A program made the position numbers and the translations under genes. The notes beneath the pieces are model-generated. The model ran no database searches. It worked only from the letters and a program-made list of their open reading frames with translations, and was not told the DNA's origin. Below are positions 33,291-39,320 of a stretch of DNA of 39,320 nucleotides, one piece after another. Each line of letters opens with the position of its first letter. The first letter of the stretch is position 1. This DNA comes from Dimorphilus gyrociliatus. Lineage: Eukaryota; Animalia; Annelida. The stretch spans positions 1 through 39,320 of the forward strand of contig CAJFCJ010000105.1 in assembly GCA_904063045.1 (NCBI GenBank), in the 5' to 3' direction.

Positions 33291-34029
33291 CACCAGTCTA
33301 ATTCCTATAAAATAGAAGTCTTTCTAATGTACCCCTATATCTAAAGTCTAAGTATTGATATATCATTGTATCTAAGTGCACACACAATGCCAAACATTAA
33401 ACATTCATATTAAATTGTATTGAATAAGGTCTACCATTTTATAAAAAGATTTTTATACTGAATTGTTGTGTACAGTAAACCTAGTTGATTTTAAAACTAA
33501 ACAAATTGAATTTTTCTGAAAGAATATGGCAAAAGTAAGAATATTTTTTTTTAATTTATTAAATTATATTTTTTGGATTTTTTTAGGCAATTATATAGTT
33601 GAGATTTCAATAGCAATTTAGTAAAAATGCTGGAATATATGTTAAAGTATCTGTTGTCAGCCATTGCAACTAGACTTGGCAAATTACCAAATTTAATGTT
33701 ACCTGTTTTATTTGCTTACAAATCTTAGTGAAAGGTTGTTTATCATTCTATTCTACATTTTTCATCACCAAACACCTATTTAATTCTAACTATATTTTTA
33801 ATAATAATATTTCTCAATGATAATTATTGTCTAGTAAACTACAAACTCAACCCTTCACTATGACAACAATATATATATTCTTATTTCATCTTTTAAAGAT
33901 ACTAGATTATAGTATGGTAAAAAAACATCCTTTTGAGAAAATGTTATAGGAAAGGGATAGGATATTTCAATGGTGAAAATGTTGATCTAATTTGAGAACT
34001 AATAGTAATATAGTGAGAATATTCTAATT

Positions 34030-34210
34030 AAAAATAAATGTATGCTTATAAAAATGTATTAAAAATGTAAAAAGCTAAGAATGTTATACAAAGTTTTAAA
34101 GTTACTCAAATACAAACAAAATATGGTGAGACACTAAGAATTTTTTTGAATAGATTATTTGCAATCTTCTGTGAGAGGACAGCAGATTTAATCATTTGTT
34201 TCTCTTTAAA
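34030..34210 (-). mobile_element. 3' end remnant of the GGGAAAAAACGTCC-family transposase
   Basis: Closely matches 22740-22900 (AAGCTAAGAATGTTATACAAAG..GAATAGATTA..GAGGACAGCAGAT). Confidence 0.8.
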
Positions 34211-34331
34211 TAGCATCACATAGTTCAGAGCAAGTGGGTAAAATATTGCAGTACATTTTTCATTAAATTTATTACTAATTATGCCCAGTACATCTTTATC
34301 CATGCCTTGGACATTTTTTCCCATCTATGGG

Positions 34332-34568
34332 TGTACTTTGTTCTATTGTAATTGTAGGAAGTCCTAGCTTGTCGCTATAAAATTCGTCCTCTCCAATCAT
34401 TTACCAATGTGCCAAAGTACTGGTCCAAATAGAACCTTTCAAGTTCATCCACAAGTAGTCTAAATAAATGTAATTCCAGTAAAAATTAACCAACAAACAC
34501 CAGTATGTCATTCAAAGAATATGTATTTGAGTAACTGAGTTTCTAGTTCTAAACAAGCAAGTTTAGAT
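34332..34568 (-). mobile_element. LTR R-U5 fragment flanked by a 12-bp direct repeat, inside a degenerate MULE TIR array
   Basis: CCCATCTATGGG at 34320-34331 and 34569-34580; flanks resemble GGACGTTTTTTCCC units. Confidence 0.85.
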
Positions 34569-34722
34569 CCCATCTATGGGATATCTTTCCCAGGCATGTT
34601 TTTTCCCTAGGATGGTTTTTCTCAATCACAACCATTACATTAGTGATCATTAAAAAATTTCTGTGTAGGCTTCAAATCTTTTTTTTCCCAAAAAAATCTG
34701 TCAATAAATTTATATTTTACAG

Positions 34723-37700
34723 CACATTAGAAATAACTTACTTAACTATCATTATGAAAATATATTAGAATGTCTAAATGGTGATGAAAAATTTCAAACA
34801 TTTCTACTACAGGAAGATGTGATTAAAGACAATTGTTTATCTGAGCAATTAGATTTTGAAAAGCTTTTTAAGGAACATATTCAATATGTGCCAACATCTA
34901 AATTCCTTTTAATTTTACTTAAAATGAACACAGTAAAATGTCAAAGACTTTCAGAATTGATTAACAATACTTGGACTATTTTAATGAAAGAGAGAAAGAA
35001 TATTTTATTAAAGGATTTGGAAACAATTCCAAAGTTTCCATTTTTAAAAGAAAATCCTTCTCAGATTAATTTCAGTAAAATTTTCACACCCATCCAATTG
35101 GTATCATCAAAAAGTAATCTGGTTGTTGATGAAAATTTTGATGATGTTAAATCCTTTCAAAAGATTTTAATTGATGAGGAAAATAAAAGAATTTTGATTA
35201 GAGGAGATGCTGGTATGGGTAAAACTTATCATGCAATGAAAATTTTACATTCATGGGTTCATGATGACACATTTTTGGACAATTGTCTTCTTTTGTATAT
35301 CAAACTTGGAGCTGTTCAAAGAACTGCATGTAAAGAATCTTTGGTTGATGAACTGTTTACAAATAATTTTAAAAGAGACTCCTGCATTACCAAAGAACTC
35401 TTTCAGTACTTTTTTGAACAGACAGAATGCAAAGAAAAGATGATTCTTCTTTTGGATGGGGCTGATGAACTGAAATATGAAGATTCAATATTTAATGATA
35501 TTGTAAAAAAGTGTAATTTTACAATTTATCCAGTAATTGTTTGGGCAAGAAATTGGAAAATTAGACATGTTAGTGATACCTATGATTTTGTATTTGACAT
35601 CAATGGATTCAATGAAAGACAATTGAAAATTTATTTTGAAAAATTTTTTAATGAAGACAATTTACCTGATTTAAAACTACCATTTTACCATAATAAAAGC
35701 CATAAGAAATTAACCACTAATTGTTTCCACCATGATGGAAAAGTTATAAAGAAATCTGATATTCTTTTTCAAATGTTAAAAACAGAAAACAAAGAAGTTT
35801 TTAACATTTGTAATAGTCCTTTAATAGCCTGTTTAGTAGCTGGTATTTGGGAAGAAACAGATACAGATATTATAGGTACTAGATATTCTATTTTTGATCA
35901 ATCCATACAGATTCTATTAACTAAGGCTGGCATTGATTCTAAAAGTAATGATTATACGAAAATTTTAGAATATTGTTCAAAACTGGCTTTTGAAAATTTA
36001 CTTTACAATAAAGAAATATCAATAAATGAAATTGTAAAAAAGTCAGATTATATTGGTGGATTATTGATTCCAGTTAAGAAAAAATCATCTATGACTCAAT
36101 TTAAAGAATTTACATTTATTCATATTTTCTTCCAAGAATATCTAACTGCAAGATATATCATAAATTTATACCAAGATAGCAAGAAAAATGAATCAATCAT
36201 TCAATCACTAAAAACATATTTTGACAAGTTGGAAAATCTATTTTTATTGAAAAATGTTTTCAGTTTTCTTCAAGAAATAAATTATAAAGTATTTTCTCAA
36301 ATTATTGAAGAGAATAAAAATATTCTTATGGTGTTGGAAACTGATCAAAGAATTATTGATATAATAAATAGAAGGCATTCAAATTTAATTGAACTTGAGT
36401 CAATATCATTACCAACAACTATTATTAATATTATATTTAATTCCTATAAAAGAAATATCAAGGAAATCATTTCAAATTTGTTAAGATAAATCTACCAAAT
36501 TTTATTGAGATCTGTACCAGCCAATTGGAAAATATATTAGAAATTTTTAAAATCAATGGAGGTATTGAAGAATTATTAGAAATTGAAATAGTAAAAAAGT
36601 TAATGACAAAAATGCAAAAATTAAGAGTTTTAAGTATAACTAATATTTTCTTCAATGGATGTTTAGAATTGTCATCCTTTATACATTCAACTACAATAGA
36701 AGATTTAACATTAGAAAATTGTAATTTACAAAAATGTTCACCTAAATTTTTGAAAATGAAATTTGATTGTCTTTATTATTTCAATATTTCTGAAAATCAA
36801 TTTGAAGGTAAGGAGTAATTTTTCAAATATGACTATTTTAAAACAATCAATTTTTTAGATAATCAGCCCTTTGATTATATTCTGAGAAATAACAGAGATA
36901 TTATCTCATTAAATATTTCAAAATGTTTTAATTCAGGAAAACAATCAGAAAATCTAATAAATCTTCTTCAACAATATCCAAATTTATCATTTCTTAATTT
37001 TTCAGACAATATCATTCCAAATAATATCTGTAATACAATATTTACAAATCAAAATAACCAACTCAGAGGTTTACAAATTAACAATTGTAACACAGAACTT
37101 GATTCAAAAGACATGATTACATTTTTGGAATTCAATAAAGAAATAGAAATTTTGGAGTTAAAAGGAAATGTTTTAAAAGAAAATGATGAAAACTCTTTTC
37201 TAACAGCTTTATTATCATTGCAAATTGTAAAACATCTGAAATTGCCATTAATAGATCATAAAGAAATGATTTGGAAAAAAGAAAAATTGTCTCAAAATTG
37301 TAAAAGTTTAATAAATCTGAAATTGCTGGATTTGGGAGAAAATTCTTTAGAACATGAATGTATAACTGACTTTTTTGAACAAGTTTTACAAAGTTCAAAA
37401 TATTTATATACTCTTTTTTTAAGAAAGTCTAAAATTTCTTCCAAAGTTATAAACATTATGTCAAATTCTTATAGACAGGTAACTTCAAAAACAGAAAATC
37501 TTCAAAAGCATAAACTTTATATGATATTTAATTCATGTGAATTTGACTTAAAATTGGATGATATTACTAAATTTTTCAATGGTATGTTCTACTTCATTGA
37601 CTTAGATATATCTCATACAAAGGCACAATTGGTTATTGATAATCTCTCCAATCTAAAATCTCTTGAGCAAATTGAAAATTTAATTTTAGCAAAGTGTCAA

Positions 37701-39320
37701 TTAACTTCAAACGATCTAGCCAAAATTGGAAAATGTATTCATATATTCACATGTATAAAAAAGTTAGATATATCAGACAATCCAATTGATTCATTTGCTC
37801 TTTTAAATTTTTTCAAAACATTCACTATAAATAATCACAAATCAATTAGACAACTCTACATACACAAGTGTAATTTTCATTTGAAACATATTTTACAAAT
37901 TTGTCAAGCTATTCAAAGTTTATACAACTTGGATATTTTAAATTCATTATACAATCCTCAAACTGTCAATAAACTAAACACTACAGAATTGGAGAAAATA
38001 CTTAATTCAAAACTATTCAATTTGTGTTTTATTCAAAAACTTTTAAGTGATTTCTCAGATATATTAGATAGAAGATTATTAAAAATTTCAAACAGTTACA
38101 ACTTTCCAATAAATAACATACTAAATATAATTAAAGAAAATCAATCAATAGATATTGACACATTGGAAATAACATCACAATTAAATTCAACTCAAATATC
38201 ACATCTAAAAGCAGCTATTGAAAAAAACATTTCTTTTCAAACATTACAAGCTTTCCTCATTGATGATAAAAACATATCAGAGCATGTTTTAGAATATAAT
38301 GACAACAATGTTAAAGACAAATGTTCAGATTTAGTAACATTTCTCTTAGAACACATTAAAACAAATTGCACAAACTTGACCTTACTTAGATTAAGCAATT
38401 GTTCTTTTCAATATGGGTTTGGTCATATTGTTGGAGATGCAATTTGTAAACAAAGTCTACTGACAAAATTATTTTTAAGTGACAATCCAATTGGAACAGA
38501 AGTTGGAAAAAGTATTTTTGAAAATATTAAAAGAAATTGCACAAAGTTGACAGCACTTGATTTAAGCAATTGTGGATTTCAATCAGGAATTGGTGATGTT
38601 GTTGGAGATGCAATTGGTAAACAAACTCTACTAACTGGGCTATATTTAAGTGACAATCCAATTGGAACTGAAGTTGGAAAAAGTATTTTTGAAAATATTA
38701 AAACAAATTGCCAGAAGTTGAAAAGCATTAATTTCAATAATTGTGGATTTGAATCAGGAATTGGTGATGTTGTTGGAGATGCAATAGGTAAACAAACTCT
38801 ACTAACTCAGCTACCTTTAAATCACAATGCAATTGGAACTGAAGTTGGAAAAAGTATTTTTGAAAATATTAAAACAAATTGCACAAAGTTGACAGTCATT
38901 GATTTCCAGAATTGTGGATTTGAATCAGGAATAGGTCATGTTGTTGGAGATGCAATTGGTAAACAAACTGTACTAACTTGGCTATCTTTAAGGGATAATC
39001 CAATTGGAACGGAAGTTGGAAAAAGTATATTTGAAAACATTAAAACAAATTGCACAAAGTTGACAGTCATTGATTTCAAAAATTGTGGATTTGAACCAGG
39101 AATAGGTCATGTTGTTGGAGATGCAATTGGTAAACAAACTCTACTAACTGGGCTATATTTAAGTGACAATCCAATTGGAACTGAAGTTGGAAAAAGTATT
39201 TTTGAAAATATTAAAACAAATTGCCTGAAGTTGAAAAGCATTAATTTCAATAATTGTGGATTTGAATCAGGAATTGGTGATGTTGTTGGAGATGCAATTG
39301 GTAAACAAACTCTACTGACT
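34723..39320 (+). CDS. NACHT-LRR (NLR-like) receptor, running off the window
   Basis: Walker A GDAGMGKT, Walker B LLLDGADE, CNSPLIA and FIHIFFQEYLTA; 1-bp frameshift near 36469; intron 36808-36858; LRR frame then reads open to 39320 by manual translation; acceptor at 34722 implies a further upstream exon. Confidence 0.88.
38448..39320 (+). repeat. In-frame array of 171-bp (57-aa) LRR pairs
   Basis: Units start at 38448, 38619, 38790, 38961, 39132 and 39303. Confidence 0.95.

Overview
AT-rich animal-type genomic DNA with very short GT-AG introns (about 50-60 bp); no prokaryotic operons, rRNA, tRNA or CRISPR arrays are evident. The window is a heavily rearranged innate-immune-like gene cluster interleaved with transposons. 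Host-type genes: a NACHT-LRR (NLR) gene running off the right edge and ending in a near-identical 171-bp LRR array; a NACHT-deleted paralog of it; a RING/B-box/coiled-coil/LRR (TRIM-LRR) gene; a second RING-remnant/LRR gene; a tandem F-type lectin gene; a C-terminal RING gene; and beta-lactamase-like and trypsin-like fragments. Mobile DNA: at least ten Phantom-like Mutator (MULE) elements or fragments whose spliced transposase reads C4HC3 (PHD-type) finger - FLYWCH - MULE DDE. One copy (28785-31491) is complete, with 129-bp TIRs, an 11-bp TSD and an intact 575-aa spliced ORF. Also present are an LTR family (two solo LTRs with 5-bp TSDs, U3-variant copies and R-U5-only fragments), a gag fragment, a mariner remnant and a MITE with telomere-like repeats. 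The most notable observations are an in-frame fusion of about 11 immune-type LRRs to an intact MULE catalytic core, and the repeated truncation of host genes exactly at orphan Mutator termini, which suggests transposon-driven shuffling of LRR receptor modules. All assignments come from manual translation and motif recognition; no database searches were run.
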